From positions 834,268 to 898,267 of the forward strand of contig CAVYGN010000002.1 in NCBI GenBank assembly GCA_963768055.1: a stretch of DNA of 64,000 bases, in the 5' to 3' direction. Position numbers and translations under genes: made by a program. The DNA comes from an uncultured Spirochaetota bacterium. Lineage in GTDB: Bacteria; Spirochaetota; Brevinematia; Brevinematales; JAOACQ01. The number at the start of each line of letters is the position of its first letter. Within the stretch, counting starts at the first letter, position 1. The notes below the pieces were generated by a model, which saw only the letters and a program-made list of their open reading frames with translations, did not search any database and was not told the DNA's origin. This document shows positions 47,091 to 57,678 of the stretch, in pieces.

Positions 47091-47191
47091 CTGCTAAATA
47101 TATGTTCAGGCATCTTTTTTTTCAAATCCTTACTTATTAAAGATAGACTTTAAGTTATATAAATATTCAATTTATTAATGGTGTATAAGTT

Positions 47192-48577
47192 ATGAAACGA
47201 TTCATTCTTTTTTTTGTCATTCTTCTTTACTCCGGTGAAGTATTTGCGGGCGGGAGCGATATAATTTCTATAACCCTGAAAAATGCCATAGAGATCGCCC
47301 TCAAGGATAACCTCGATGTTCTCCAGGCGGAGAAGAACATAAAAGTCGCGGAAGCGCTTTTAGGCCAGGATTACGCGCAGATGCTGATCCCGACCATCAC
47401 TGCTAACGGGCAATTCGAGTATATCGATCCGGAAACGGCTTCCCGGGGAACATACAACCAGAACATCGGAGGATCGACGGTTATAGTAACTAATATTTTC
47501 CAGGACAACTATACCTCCTCAATCTCCCTGACAAAACCCCTTTTTGCCGGTTTGAAATACTGGAACTCGGTCATCACCCAGCAGCTTAATTTAAATCTGT
47601 TAAAAAGCACTCTTGAGGATGTTAAAAAAGGGGTGGAGCTTTCTGTTACGACAAATTTTTATAATCTTTTCCTTTTGCATGAAAACGTGCAGATATATAC
47701 GGAAATTGACATTTACCTTAAGGGGGTCTCGGAATCGGCTGAAGCGTCTCATAAAAGGGGAATGACTTCGGAACTGGATTATTTAAAGGCGATACTTCCG
47801 TATAAAACGAATCTTCCCCTGCTCTCAAAAGCAAAATATAACGAGATTTTAGCAAAAGCGAGCCTCTGCGACCTTTTAAACATCTCGAACTATGACTCAG
47901 TCGAATTTATAGGAAATTTCATGGACGTAACCAATTTCAATACGGCCGCAACTAACGAAAGCGAATATTACGACCTGGCGGTTTCGAACGATATAACCCT
48001 CAAAACCATCGTATATAACATAGAATCTTCGAAACTTACGAAGCAGAGCGCGGAACTGTCCCGCCTCCCGTCGGTGAATCTGGATTATACTTTCACTGAG
48101 GATTATATTAAAAATAACACCTCCGCTGTCAATAATGAGAGGAATTGGACCCCGGGATGGAATATCGACCTTCAGCTTTCCCTGCCCCTCGACGACCTTT
48201 TGCCCTTTTCCGCATTATCGAAAAGCATCGAATCCATGGATGAGGGCATAAAAAAGCTGGAATATTCAAAGGTAGAACAGGTCAATACCCTCAGGGAAAA
48301 CGTGAAATCATTCATACAGCAGATCGAGGAGTTAAAGGAAACAGTAGATAGCCAGGCGGATAACCTTGATATCGCCAATAGAAGCCTGGAGCTTACGAAG
48401 GGGCTGTTCGCGAGAGGCGGCGCTGTAGAGCTTGACGTGGAGAATGCGCAGATAGCGTATGACCAGGCCCTGCTGGCTTATTACCAGTCCCTGCTGGCTT
48501 ATATAAGCGAGGTCCTGCAGCTGGAAAAGGAGGGTGGAGTGGATTTTTATGCAAAGCAGAAGGAGAATAATTTATGA
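47192..48577 (+). CDS. TolC-family outer membrane efflux protein
   Basis: Signal peptide. Two OEP repeat halves with LTLKNAIEIALKDNLDVLQAEKNIKVAEA-type N-terminus. Confidence 0.8.
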   Translation: MKRFILFFVILLYSGEVFAGGSDIISITLKNAIEIALKDNLDVLQAEKNIKVAEALLGQDYAQMLIPTITANGQFEYIDPETASRGTYNQNIGGSTVIVTNIFQDNYTSSISLTKPLFAGLKYWNSVITQQLNLNLLKSTLEDVKKGVELSVTTNFYNLFLLHENVQIYTEIDIYLKGVSESAEASHKRGMTSELDYLKAILPYKTNLPLLSKAKYNEILAKASLCDLLNISNYDSVEFIGNFMDVTNFNTAATNESEYYDLAVSNDITLKTIVYNIESSKLTKQSAELSRLPSVNLDYTFTEDYIKNNTSAVNNERNWTPGWNIDLQLSLPLDDLLPFSALSKSIESMDEGIKKLEYSKVEQVNTLRENVKSFIQQIEELKETVDSQADNLDIANRSLELTKGLFARGGAVELDVENAQIAYDQALLAYYQSLLAYISEVLQLEKEGGVDFYAKQKENNL

Positions 48578-49797
48578 AAATAAGAACTATAATATTGATA
48601 TCGGCTTCAATTATTATTATAGCCGCCGTTATTTTCTTTATTACAGGAATGAAGCGTAAATATTCATTTACCTATGCCAGGATCACGCGGGGGAACATTG
48701 AAAATACAATCGCGAGCACCGGCAATCTTCAATTCGCGGTCACAAACAATGTCAACTCTCTTGACGCGGGGACTATCGTCAGGATATATACGGATTTTAA
48801 TAAAAAAATTTACAAGGGCCAGGTAATGGCAAAGATAGACGACACTACTTTTAAAGCCACGCTGGACCAGATGACAGCAAACCTTCACAGTGTTGAGGCG
48901 GTATTGTCGCAGGCACAGCAGAATTATAACGATACGAAGTCCCTTTTCGATCAGAGTTTCACCTCGCAGTCTAACCTGGACGCCGCTAAGAATACTCTTG
49001 ACAGCGCCAAAGCCCAGGTTGAGGTCGCAAAAGCCCAGGTGGAAACCGCCCAGCTCAACCTGTCGAATACCGAAGTCATCGCGCCTTTGACAGGAATAGT
49101 CGTCCAGAGGAACATAGATGTGGGTAACGCCGTCGGTTCGCTATCCTATGCAGGCCCCCCTCTTTTTGTCATAGCTGCCGATACTATGCGGATGCAGATT
49201 ATGGCTTCAGTCGCTGAAAGCGATATTGGAGTTGTCAGGCGCGGAGATAAAGCCCGCTTTACCCTGCAGGCTTATATGGATAAAACCTTCGAGGGGGTGG
49301 TGAGCGATATCTACATGATGCCGGCACTTGTACAAAATGTAGTAAATTATTCCGTTATTATAAATATCGATAATTCGAAGGGCCTCTTTTATCCGGGAAT
49401 GACAGCGACTATAGATATAGTCACCGATCTAAAGACAAATGTCCTTGAACTCCCAAACTCTGTGCTAAAGTTCCGGCCCACCCCGGAAATGTTCAGGCAG
49501 TTTTTTACGCCTAACGCCGGAAACCGCCCAAGGAACACGGTAGGAGGTAATAACTATACCAACCAGCCTAATACTTCTCTTCTTCTGATTTATAATGAAG
49601 ATACGGGGAAGATTCAGCCGGTAAGGGTCAAAACCGGCATGACCGACGGCCAGATGACAGAGATCGAATCCGACAGGATAAAAGAGGGAATGCTTGTAGT
49701 CAGCGGCGTGTCAAATCAGGGCCCCGGAGGACAAGGCCAGCAGTCCGCTTCGCCCTTCCAGGGGGCTTTCCCGGGCGGAAGGGGCATGGGCCGTTAG
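48574..49797 (+). CDS. Efflux periplasmic adaptor (MacA/HlyD/RND membrane-fusion family)
   Basis: N-terminal TM, coiled-coil hairpin, lipoyl-like VIAPLTGIVVQRNIDVGNAV, beta-barrel and C-terminal Gly/Gln-rich tail. Confidence 0.8.
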   Translation: MKIRTIILISASIIIIAAVIFFITGMKRKYSFTYARITRGNIENTIASTGNLQFAVTNNVNSLDAGTIVRIYTDFNKKIYKGQVMAKIDDTTFKATLDQMTANLHSVEAVLSQAQQNYNDTKSLFDQSFTSQSNLDAAKNTLDSAKAQVEVAKAQVETAQLNLSNTEVIAPLTGIVVQRNIDVGNAVGSLSYAGPPLFVIAADTMRMQIMASVAESDIGVVRRGDKARFTLQAYMDKTFEGVVSDIYMMPALVQNVVNYSVIINIDNSKGLFYPGMTATIDIVTDLKTNVLELPNSVLKFRPTPEMFRQFFTPNAGNRPRNTVGGNNYTNQPNTSLLLIYNEDTGKIQPVRVKTGMTDGQMTEIESDRIKEGMLVVSGVSNQGPGGQGQQSASPFQGAFPGGRGMGR

Positions 49798-49805
49798 AGG
49801 TATGG

Positions 49806-50537
49806 ATGAAAGATAAAGCGACAGTAATAAGGACCATCGGGTTGACCAAGGTTTATTCGACCGGCGATGTCAAAGTCGAGGCATTAAAGGGAATCGACCT
49901 GGAAATCAAACAGGGGGATTTCACGGCTATAATGGGAGCTTCCGGCTCCGGAAAAAGCACCTTGATGAATATTCTCGGATGCCTCGATATCCCGACTGCC
50001 GGAGACTATTACCTTGACGGAATAAGGGTGAACACCCTCTCCAAAGACAAACTCAGCGATATCCGCAACAGGAAAATAGGGTTCGTCTTCCAGGGGTTTA
50101 ACCTCCTTTCGAGAACTACAGCGCTTGAAAATGTCGAACTTCCCCTGCTGTACAACAGGGACAATAATGAACAGGATTCGAAAAAAAAGGCGGAAAGGGC
50201 CCTTGAAAAAGTTGGCCTGGGCGACAGGGTTTATCATTTTCCAAATCAGCTCTCAGGGGGCCAGCAGCAGAGGGTTGCGATAGCAAGGTCTCTCGTAAAT
50301 AATCCATCCCTGATATTGGCTGATGAACCGACCGGAAACCTTGATTCTAAAACTAGCGTGGAGATAATCGCTCTTTTCCAGGAATTGAACAGGCAGGGCA
50401 TAACTATCGTCCTTGTAACTCATGAAAACGATATAGCCGACTATACGAAAAGGATTGTCGAATTTCGGGACGGGAGCATAATAAGAGATCACGAAAATAA
50501 AAAACCTAAAGAAGCGGAATCGGATACGGCTTTATGA
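49806..50537 (+). CDS. MacB/LolD-type ABC transporter ATP-binding protein
   Basis: [44 protein letters not shown]. Confidence 0.85.
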   Translation: MKDKATVIRTIGLTKVYSTGDVKVEALKGIDLEIKQGDFTAIMGASGSGKSTLMNILGCLDIPTAGDYYLDGIRVNTLSKDKLSDIRNRKIGFVFQGFNLLSRTTALENVELPLLYNRDNNEQDSKKKAERALEKVGLGDRVYHFPNQLSGGQQQRVAIARSLVNNPSLILADEPTGNLDSKTSVEIIALFQELNRQGITIVLVTHENDIADYTKRIVEFRDGSIIRDHENKKPKEAESDTAL

Positions 50538-50550
50538 AGGTAAAAATCAT

Positions 50551-51768
50551 ATGAGATTAAATTTTTTATTAAAAATAGCGCTGCAGTCTATATTAAAAAA
50601 TAAAATGAGAACCCTGCTGACGATGCTCGGAATTATAATCGGTGTAGGAGCTTTTATTATAATGGTCGCTTACGGGATGGGTATGCAGAGACAGGTCAGG
50701 GACCAGGTCCAGAGCCTCGGAGTGAATCTCTTGACCATCTTTCCCAGCGCTTTCAGGCAGGGGGGCGTAAGCTACGGGGGAGGTACATATTCCCGGCTTA
50801 CCCTTAATGATGTAATTAAAATTAAAAAAGAAGCTGCTACGCTTGCAGGAGTATCCCCTTCGATCCGGGTCGTAGCCCAGACTATCGGAGGGGTAGGAAA
50901 CTGGAACACATCGATATACGGGGTATCGACCGATTATTTCGATATAAGGCAATGGACCCTGTCAAACGGCAACTTTTTTACCGACAACGACGTAAGGGCC
51001 CAGACAAGGGTCTGCGTTATAGGCAATACCGTCGCCTCAAACCTCTTTCCGAATATGGACCCTGTCGGACAGAGACTCCGGATCAGAAGTGAACCTTTCA
51101 AGATAATCGGAATCCTCGCACCTAAGGGTTTTTCAGGCAACGGCCAGGACCAGGATGACCTGATACTGGCGCCCTATACTACGGTCCAGTACAGGCTTAA
51201 TCAGAGCAGGTATATCCAGTCGATACTCTGCAGCAGTACTTCACCCGATATGATGGATGCGTCACAGGATGAGATAAAGACGATACTGCGGGCTTCACAC
51301 AAGATCTCGGAAGGGGCTGACGATGATTTTACGGTCAGGAACCAGGCGGATATAATAAATACCGCTAACCAGGTTACGGGGAGCGTCACATTGCTCCTGG
51401 CTGTTGTGGCAAGCATTTCGCTTCTTGTAGGCGGGATCGGGATTATGAATATAATGCTGGTTTCGGTGACAGAAAGGACAAGGGAGATCGGAATCCGTAT
51501 GGCAATCGGGGCCAGGGGGAACGATATACTTCTTCAGTTTCTTGTAGAAGCCGTCGTGTTATCCCTTGTAGGTGGATTGATCGGGATATTAATAGGGTAT
51601 TCCGGGGCCTTGTTTATCAAGCTTGCGCTTAGCTGGCCGATCGTCTATTCGCTGGCGCCCGTTCTGCTGGCATCGGTGTTTTCTTTTATAGTCGGGGTCT
51701 TTTTCGGGTTTTATCCGGCGAGGAAGGCATCGACTCTCAATCCGATCGATGCATTAAGATACGAGTAA
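50551..51768 (+). CDS. MacB/FtsX-type ABC transporter permease with periplasmic MacB_PCD domain
   Basis: N-terminal TM, large periplasmic domain, C-terminal FtsX helices (GGIGIMNIMLVSVTERTREIGIRMAIGA). Confidence 0.85.
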   Translation: MRLNFLLKIALQSILKNKMRTLLTMLGIIIGVGAFIIMVAYGMGMQRQVRDQVQSLGVNLLTIFPSAFRQGGVSYGGGTYSRLTLNDVIKIKKEAATLAGVSPSIRVVAQTIGGVGNWNTSIYGVSTDYFDIRQWTLSNGNFFTDNDVRAQTRVCVIGNTVASNLFPNMDPVGQRLRIRSEPFKIIGILAPKGFSGNGQDQDDLILAPYTTVQYRLNQSRYIQSILCSSTSPDMMDASQDEIKTILRASHKISEGADDDFTVRNQADIINTANQVTGSVTLLLAVVASISLLVGGIGIMNIMLVSVTERTREIGIRMAIGARGNDILLQFLVEAVVLSLVGGLIGILIGYSGALFIKLALSWPIVYSLAPVLLASVFSFIVGVFFGFYPARKASTLNPIDALRYE

Positions 51769-53391
51769 ACCTTCATTTCTACGCCTGATCTTCTCAAGTT
51801 CCGTGTTTATGTCCTGAAACGAAACTGTCGTCCAATAGCCGTATTGAGGAAAGATCAAATCTGCCGGAGGCAGATACCCGTCCCATGATTCATAGGCACC
51901 AAGACGCATGTTCCAGATATCGCCTGCCGGCACAATACGGTTCACTCCCGCGCGGCCCAGGATTCCGGCAATCTTTATAAGCCTTTCCCCTGATACGGCT
52001 ATGCCGCATGATTGCAGCAATTCGCGTCTCATCCCCGATTCAAGGATCCGGGGCAGGTCATTTTCCAGATTCTCAAGCCTGCGGATTATAATTGACCGGT
52101 TTAAAGCATTATAAACCGTGATACCATCAGGCTCGAACTCGCAAGCTGCAAAAAAATTATATTTGTCCAGATCCTTCAAAGATGTAAGTATTTTTATTCC
52201 TGGTTTGCTTTCGTAATGGTAATACATATCCTTTAACCTTTCACCGGGCCGGGCACCCTTAGGAAGTTTGTCAAGCAGAATGCGCATATGCTCAATGTAT
52301 TTCCCGGCAAATTTTAAAACATCGTCAGTATTGCCTTCGACAAATACCTGCTGAGCAGATAAACAACCCTGGGTTTCAAACATGCTGTTATCGAATGCGA
52401 CATTAAAAGCAACAGTATCGAGCCCTTCTTTAATGAATTCCCCGCCGATAACGTCAAAGCTGATTTTATGCCAATGCCCGCTTACCCGCCGCCTGAAATC
52501 TCTTATACTTCTAAGCCTCAGGCTTCGTGCAATTCGAGTAATCGACTTTCTGGAATCAATTCCTCCAGTAACTTGAATATGATCGCCCCGGCGTATTAAT
52601 TCTTTGATCAGTCCTGGTTCTGCACCTTTAAAGGTGATTAAAGCGATTGTATCGGATAATGGAAATAGATTGTTTTTTTTCTCGATATCCGCCAGCTTGC
52701 TGAAAAACCTCGGGCCGAAAAAAGGCTCGGCGCTTGAATTTTTCCCGAAACTCGATGCACCGATAACCGCCGCTAAAAAGGCTTTCATAATAGGTATCCC
52801 CGGCGCGTTTCCTGCGCAAATATTTGTTATGACTTCCGGTATTTTATGAAAACCGATTCCGGAAAGCCGGTACGCCGGATTTAAATTAAAAAAAGCCTTT
52901 AGAAAAATTTTAGGGATAAAAGTATAAAATCTTATATATCCGCTTTTGATCCGGGTGAATTCAGAACAAGCCTCCAGGAATACATTTGCCGATAAAAATT
53001 CCGTTTCATACTCCCTGCCGGCTAGCATGGAATTTAACAGTATTTCGATCATTTTACATGAAAATCCGCTGATCTCCGGCAATATTGAACCGATTTCTTT
53101 ACGGAGTGCTGATTCCTTATTCCTGAGATCCTGAAAAAGAGAAAAAAAACCTTTTAATCGGGTTTTAACAGAATTGGATTCCAACAGATCGGTATTTTTG
53201 AGAAGCGTATTTCTTCTTCGCCGGAGGGATTTACCGATTATTTCAATGACCTTGCCGTCAATATTTAGATGATTTATTAAAATATCATTATTCCCTTCAA
53301 AAAAACGGTGTTCGAGTTTAAACCTTCCCTCCATTTTCAGCTCATGTTCTATAAACCCGGGTATGAAATAGTCATTTATTTCGACCGCCAC
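51754..53391 (-). CDS. LuxC-type acyl-CoA/acyl-protein reductase family protein (GTG start)
   Basis: Aldehyde-dehydrogenase-like fold with LuxC-family features (ICAGNAPGIPIMKAFLAAVIGASSFGK, QGCLSAQQV with candidate catalytic Cys). Directly downstream of the LuxE-like gene. Its 3' end overlaps the MacB permease 3' end by 15 nt on the opposite strand. Confidence 0.6.
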   Translation of the reverse strand: MAVEINDYFIPGFIEHELKMEGRFKLEHRFFEGNNDILINHLNIDGKVIEIIGKSLRRRRNTLLKNTDLLESNSVKTRLKGFFSLFQDLRNKESALRKEIGSILPEISGFSCKMIEILLNSMLAGREYETEFLSANVFLEACSEFTRIKSGYIRFYTFIPKIFLKAFFNLNPAYRLSGIGFHKIPEVITNICAGNAPGIPIMKAFLAAVIGASSFGKNSSAEPFFGPRFFSKLADIEKKNNLFPLSDTIALITFKGAEPGLIKELIRRGDHIQVTGGIDSRKSITRIARSLRLRSIRDFRRRVSGHWHKISFDVIGGEFIKEGLDTVAFNVAFDNSMFETQGCLSAQQVFVEGNTDDVLKFAGKYIEHMRILLDKLPKGARPGERLKDMYYHYESKPGIKILTSLKDLDKYNFFAACEFEPDGITVYNALNRSIIIRRLENLENDLPRILESGMRRELLQSCGIAVSGERLIKIAGILGRAGVNRIVPAGDIWNMRLGAYESWDGYLPPADLIFPQYGYWTTVSFQDINTELEKIRRRNEGLLVS

Positions 53392-53400
53392 TTTAACCCC

Positions 53401-54801
53401 TCAGGCATAATCTTCAAGAGCTGCAGCGCAGCCTTTTGAACCGCGGTTTTCTTCATCTCTTTGGATTCGTTTAAAAAATTTTGAAGTTATTCCGCATTTG
53501 CATAGTTCATCATGAATGCCGTCTATCATATCTCCGGTTACTAAAGCGGGTACCCTGTTTATTTCCCGCGGATCATATTTTGCCAGATAGGAATCGACCA
53601 TAAAATATTCCACATGCGGGTCTAAGTGATAATTTCCTTCAGAACATCTGATGGCGGCGCTGATCGATTCGCCCTGGGCGTATGAATCGACAATTTTATC
53701 CAGGCCGCCGACAGCCCTTTTACAAAGCATAATAATTTCTTCCTCGGATACTTCCAGTTTGCTTTTATTGCCCCCTCCAAACATCAAAACCGATCCAGAG
53801 GCAAGGTTTATAAGATGATCTTCAGGTTTTTTATGCCCTTTTAAAATCTCCTTATCCAGGATCTTTACCATATTAAGAAGCATTTTATAAGCCATCCATG
53901 GATTAATGAACCATAATGTCCTTTTGCCGCATTTTTCAGAATAGTTTAGTGCGGAAATTGTTATCTCGAGATTCTTCCGGCTGATATTACCCTGCCAGAA
54001 ATCAAGCAGGGGCTTCATAATTAATTTTAGAGCCTTCCCGCTTAATCCCGAAAAAATGCCTGACCGCCATCGCAATTCCCGCGTTTGAATTCTGCTTTTA
54101 ATTGTAAAAAAGGCATTTTCGCCGAATCCCCTGGAATAAGCAATAAATGCGCGGGTCATCATAAGCGAGGATTCTTTGGGGATAAACGCTACCAGACACC
54201 CGTTTCGGGGATCTATCGGGCCATAAGGCGGGACGGAGGTTATTTCATTAAAAACATTTATTGCGGATTTTTCGGCCATTGAAATGGTCTGTGCATCGAA
54301 TGGAATCAATGAAATCGCGCTTCCGGTCGTTCCGCTGGATGTAAGCAGGTAAACTCCCTGTCCCTTGTAGATATCATCCCTCAAACGATCAAGGCCGCCC
54401 TTTAAACTTGTTAATCTCATATATTTTTTCGATAAATTATCAGACGAAATTTTATCAATAAGATGATAATTGATAAAGTTAATCAGACACTCTACATCCC
54501 TCTCGCAAAAAACGCCCAGTTTCTTACCGTCGGATGCTGCCGTCTCCGAATAACTCTTATACATTTCCTCTTTAAATACCAGATATGGGAGCATGGATGC
54601 CGGTAAATCAATGTTAATGTTTTCTCTTAAACATCTTTCCTTATAAGCAGAGTTTGCCTGCAAATGCAGGGCATGACATGCCTTTATAGCTTCATGCCTT
54701 ATTTTTTCAGTGCGATCCCTGGGAGTGTACCATGACACTTCATTGAAAAGGTCATCGACCCGTTTTTTTAATTCATTTTTAAGATCTATCGTTTCACTCA
54801 T
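53401..54801 (-). CDS. LuxE-type acyl-protein synthetase (adenylate-forming) family protein
   Basis: LTSSGTTGSAISLIPFD adenylation motif, conserved C-terminal Cys-containing tail. Start moved to the MSETIDL Met with GAAAGGGGA SD. 9-nt gap to the LuxC-like gene. Confidence 0.6.
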   Translation of the reverse strand: MSETIDLKNELKKRVDDLFNEVSWYTPRDRTEKIRHEAIKACHALHLQANSAYKERCLRENINIDLPASMLPYLVFKEEMYKSYSETAASDGKKLGVFCERDVECLINFINYHLIDKISSDNLSKKYMRLTSLKGGLDRLRDDIYKGQGVYLLTSSGTTGSAISLIPFDAQTISMAEKSAINVFNEITSVPPYGPIDPRNGCLVAFIPKESSLMMTRAFIAYSRGFGENAFFTIKSRIQTRELRWRSGIFSGLSGKALKLIMKPLLDFWQGNISRKNLEITISALNYSEKCGKRTLWFINPWMAYKMLLNMVKILDKEILKGHKKPEDHLINLASGSVLMFGGGNKSKLEVSEEEIIMLCKRAVGGLDKIVDSYAQGESISAAIRCSEGNYHLDPHVEYFMVDSYLAKYDPREINRVPALVTGDMIDGIHDELCKCGITSKFFKRIQRDEENRGSKGCAAALEDYA

Positions 54802-54980
54802 TTTTATTAAGTCCCCTTTCAACTTTATTTGGAATAATCCTAAACAACACATTGTAATTTAATAAATTTGATGAATCAAATAATTTATAGTGAAAGTCCA
54901 TGGTTTGCGCCGATTATTTTGAAAAATTATACAAACCGCTTTATAATTTCAGGTTAAGTTGCACTCCCCGGGAGGAAAGT

Positions 54981-55469
54981 ATGTTTGAAAAAAAGGAAGC
55001 CGGCGTATATCTGAGTGAAAACCTGCTTAATTACATCGATAAATGGAAGAACGTACGCGGAAGTCTAATAATGATCCTTCATAAAGTACAGGAAGAATAC
55101 GGGTTTGTGCCCAGGGAAGTGGTGCTTCAGCTTTCAAGAAAGCTGAATGTGCCCCTGGCAAAAATATACGGCATCACGACATTTTATCATTTTTTCAAGC
55201 TTAAGAAACCGGGCAGGAATAAAATAGCGGTATGCATGGGGACGGCATGTTATCTGAAGGGGGGAGAGGATATACTGCAAGAGCTTGAAGCGCATCTTGG
55301 AATTGGGGTTGGAGGAATAACCGAAGACGAAATGTTTTCATTGGAAGCAGTACGCTGTATAGGGTGTTGCGGTTTGGCCCCGGTCCTTACTATAAATGAT
55401 GAAGTTTTCGGCAGGCTGACAAAGCAGAATATACCTGAAATCCTTTCACGGTTAAAGACAAAGGGATAG
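54981..55469 (+). CDS. hndA: NuoE-like [2Fe-2S] thioredoxin-fold subunit of bifurcating [FeFe]-hydrogenase (HndA/HydC-like)
   Basis: Cys ligands in CMGTACYLKG and RCIGCCGLAP. GGAGGA SD. Confidence 0.8.
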   Translation: MFEKKEAGVYLSENLLNYIDKWKNVRGSLIMILHKVQEEYGFVPREVVLQLSRKLNVPLAKIYGITTFYHFFKLKKPGRNKIAVCMGTACYLKGGEDILQELEAHLGIGVGGITEDEMFSLEAVRCIGCCGLAPVLTINDEVFGRLTKQNIPEILSRLKTKG

Positions 55470-55479
55470 AAGGGCTCAA

Positions 55480-55863
55480 ATGGAAAATTTAAATTTGAAA
55501 ACATTAAGGGCTTTAAGGGCAAGAGAAAAAAAGCTATTAAAAGATAAAGATCAAGCCAAAACAACTATACTTATCGGCATGGGCACCTGCGGAATAGCGG
55601 CCGGGTCGAGGGAAACTCTCAAAGCCTTCGCCGCCCAGGCGGAAAAACTCGGCCTTAAAGACATTGAAATCAAGCAAACCGGCTGTATGGGCAGCTGCTA
55701 CGCAGAACCGACCGTTGAAGTCAGGTCGCCGGGCATGCCGGCCATACTTTACGGAAGGGTTACTCCGGCAGTCGCCGGAAAGATCATGGATCAGCATATC
55801 ATACAGAAGCAGCTTTTAAATGATTATGTCTACGACAAACCGGCCGTAGACATCCTTAATTAA
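55480..55863 (+). CDS. hndB: Small [2Fe-2S] ferredoxin-like subunit (HndB-like)
   Basis: ILIGMGTCGIAAG...CMGSCYAEP thioredoxin-like 2Fe-2S Cys pattern. Positioned between the NuoE- and NuoF-like genes as in hndABCD. Confidence 0.7.
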   Translation: MENLNLKTLRALRAREKKLLKDKDQAKTTILIGMGTCGIAAGSRETLKAFAAQAEKLGLKDIEIKQTGCMGSCYAEPTVEVRSPGMPAILYGRVTPAVAGKIMDQHIIQKQLLNDYVYDKPAVDILN

Positions 55864-55874
55864 GGATTCTAAGT

Positions 55875-57662
55875 ATGGGTTACAAGAAATTTGTCCTGGT
55901 CTGCGCGGGTGAAACATGCGGCGAAAAAAATTCTCTTCAGGTTTACGATAATATCAATAAAGAGCTGATCGCGGCAGGGCTTAAAGAAGAAATACAGGTA
56001 GTCAAGGCAGGATGTATCGGCTTCTGCGGGGAAGGTCCGGTAGTTAAAATAATGCCCGGCGAAACATTGTATGTCGGGGTAAAAGCCGGGGACGCAGCGG
56101 AAATTGTTAAATCTCATTTTAAAAACGGAAAAGTGATATCCCGCCTTCTTTACGATAGGAAAAAAAGTACCCGCAATATAAAACTTCCAGGCATCGATTT
56201 TTATCAGAAACAGTTCCGTGTTATATTGCGGAATTGCGGAGTAATCGATCCGGAGAACATTAACGAATATATATCCAGGGATGGTTATGCCGGGCTCGAA
56301 AGGGCACTTTTCGAACTGACTCCCGATGATATCATAGAAGAATTGAAAATTTCAGGCCTTCGGGGCAGAGGCGGAGCAGGGTTTCCCACCTGGATGAAAT
56401 GGGATTTTACAAAAAAAGAAAATTCAGAAATCAAATATGTCGTTTGCAATGCAGACGAAGGCGATCCCGGTGCTTATATGAACAGGAGCACCATTGAAGG
56501 AGACCCTCACTCGATCATCGAAGCTATGATAATAGGCGGCTATACTGTAGGGGCACATGAAGGTTATATCTATATAAGGGCTGAATATCCTATAGCCATT
56601 CAAAGGCTGGAAACGGCAATCAGGCAGGCAAAGAATTACGGCCTATTGGGTAAGAACATACTTGGGAGTTCTTTTAATTTCGACATAGAACTCCGCCTAG
56701 GAGCCGGCGCTTATGTCTGCGGAGAGGAAACCGCGTTATTAGCCTCAATAGAAGGCAACAGGGGCATGCCCAGGCCAAGGCCTCCCTTCCCGGCAACGAA
56801 GGGTTTGTGGAATAAACCGACCGTAATAAATAATACTGAAACCTGGGCCAATATACCGGTCATACTTACAAAGGGCGGAAAATGGTTCTCGGGCATAGGA
56901 ACCGAAACTTCGAAAGGCACAAAAGTTTTTGCTTTGACAGGCAAGGTTAATAATTCAGGGCTTGTCGAAGTGCCGCTCGGGACGACCCTTAGAGAGGTCA
57001 TATTCGATATAGGGGGTGGAATAAAGGACGGCAAGAAATTTAAAGCCGCTCAGAGCGGCGGTCCTTCCGGAGGGGTCATTCCCGAAGAATTCCTGGATGT
57101 GCCCATAGATTTCGAGAGCCTGAAGAAACTTGGGGCCATAATGGGCTCGGGCGGACTTATAATTATGGATGAAGACGACTGTATGATAGATATTGCTAAA
57201 TTTTATATGCAGTTCGCGGTAGACGAATCCTGCGGCAAGTGCTCTCCCTGCCGTATAGGCGGAAAACAGCTCTTTGAAACCCTTGATATCATAAGCAAGG
57301 GAAAGGGGCAAATGGAACACATGACGAACTTGAACAGGATCTGCGCCGCCATGCAGAAAGCGTCCCTTTGCGGGCTCGGCCAGAACACGCCTAACCCTGT
57401 GCTTTCCACGATGAAGTATTTTGAAGAAGAATATATAGATCATATTAAAGAAAAAAAATGTCATTCGGGGTCGTGCAGGAGCCTGATAAGTTTCTTTATC
57501 GATCCGGAAAAATGCATCGGATGCGGGCTTTGCGCGATGAAATGCCCGGCAGACTGCATCAGCGGTGAAAAGAGAAAGCCCTATACGATAGATCAGCTTA
57601 AGTGCATTAAGTGCAGTTCCTGCTACGATGTATGCAAGTTTGACGCAGTTATCAGGGAATAG
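55875..57662 (+). CDS. hndC: NuoF-like NAD(P)H-binding FMN/[4Fe-4S] subunit with N-terminal 2Fe-2S and C-terminal 2x[4Fe-4S] ferredoxin domains (HndC/HydB-like)
   Basis: GLRGRGGAGFPTWMKW, GEETALLASIEG FMN/NADH motifs. CGKCSPCR. C-terminal CIGCGLCAMKCP and CIKCSSCYDVC. Confidence 0.85.
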   Translation: MGYKKFVLVCAGETCGEKNSLQVYDNINKELIAAGLKEEIQVVKAGCIGFCGEGPVVKIMPGETLYVGVKAGDAAEIVKSHFKNGKVISRLLYDRKKSTRNIKLPGIDFYQKQFRVILRNCGVIDPENINEYISRDGYAGLERALFELTPDDIIEELKISGLRGRGGAGFPTWMKWDFTKKENSEIKYVVCNADEGDPGAYMNRSTIEGDPHSIIEAMIIGGYTVGAHEGYIYIRAEYPIAIQRLETAIRQAKNYGLLGKNILGSSFNFDIELRLGAGAYVCGEETALLASIEGNRGMPRPRPPFPATKGLWNKPTVINNTETWANIPVILTKGGKWFSGIGTETSKGTKVFALTGKVNNSGLVEVPLGTTLREVIFDIGGGIKDGKKFKAAQSGGPSGGVIPEEFLDVPIDFESLKKLGAIMGSGGLIIMDEDDCMIDIAKFYMQFAVDESCGKCSPCRIGGKQLFETLDIISKGKGQMEHMTNLNRICAAMQKASLCGLGQNTPNPVLSTMKYFEEEYIDHIKEKKCHSGSCRSLISFFIDPEKCIGCGLCAMKCPADCISGEKRKPYTIDQLKCIKCSSCYDVCKFDAVIRE

Positions 57663-57678
57663 GAGAAATATAGGAAAG

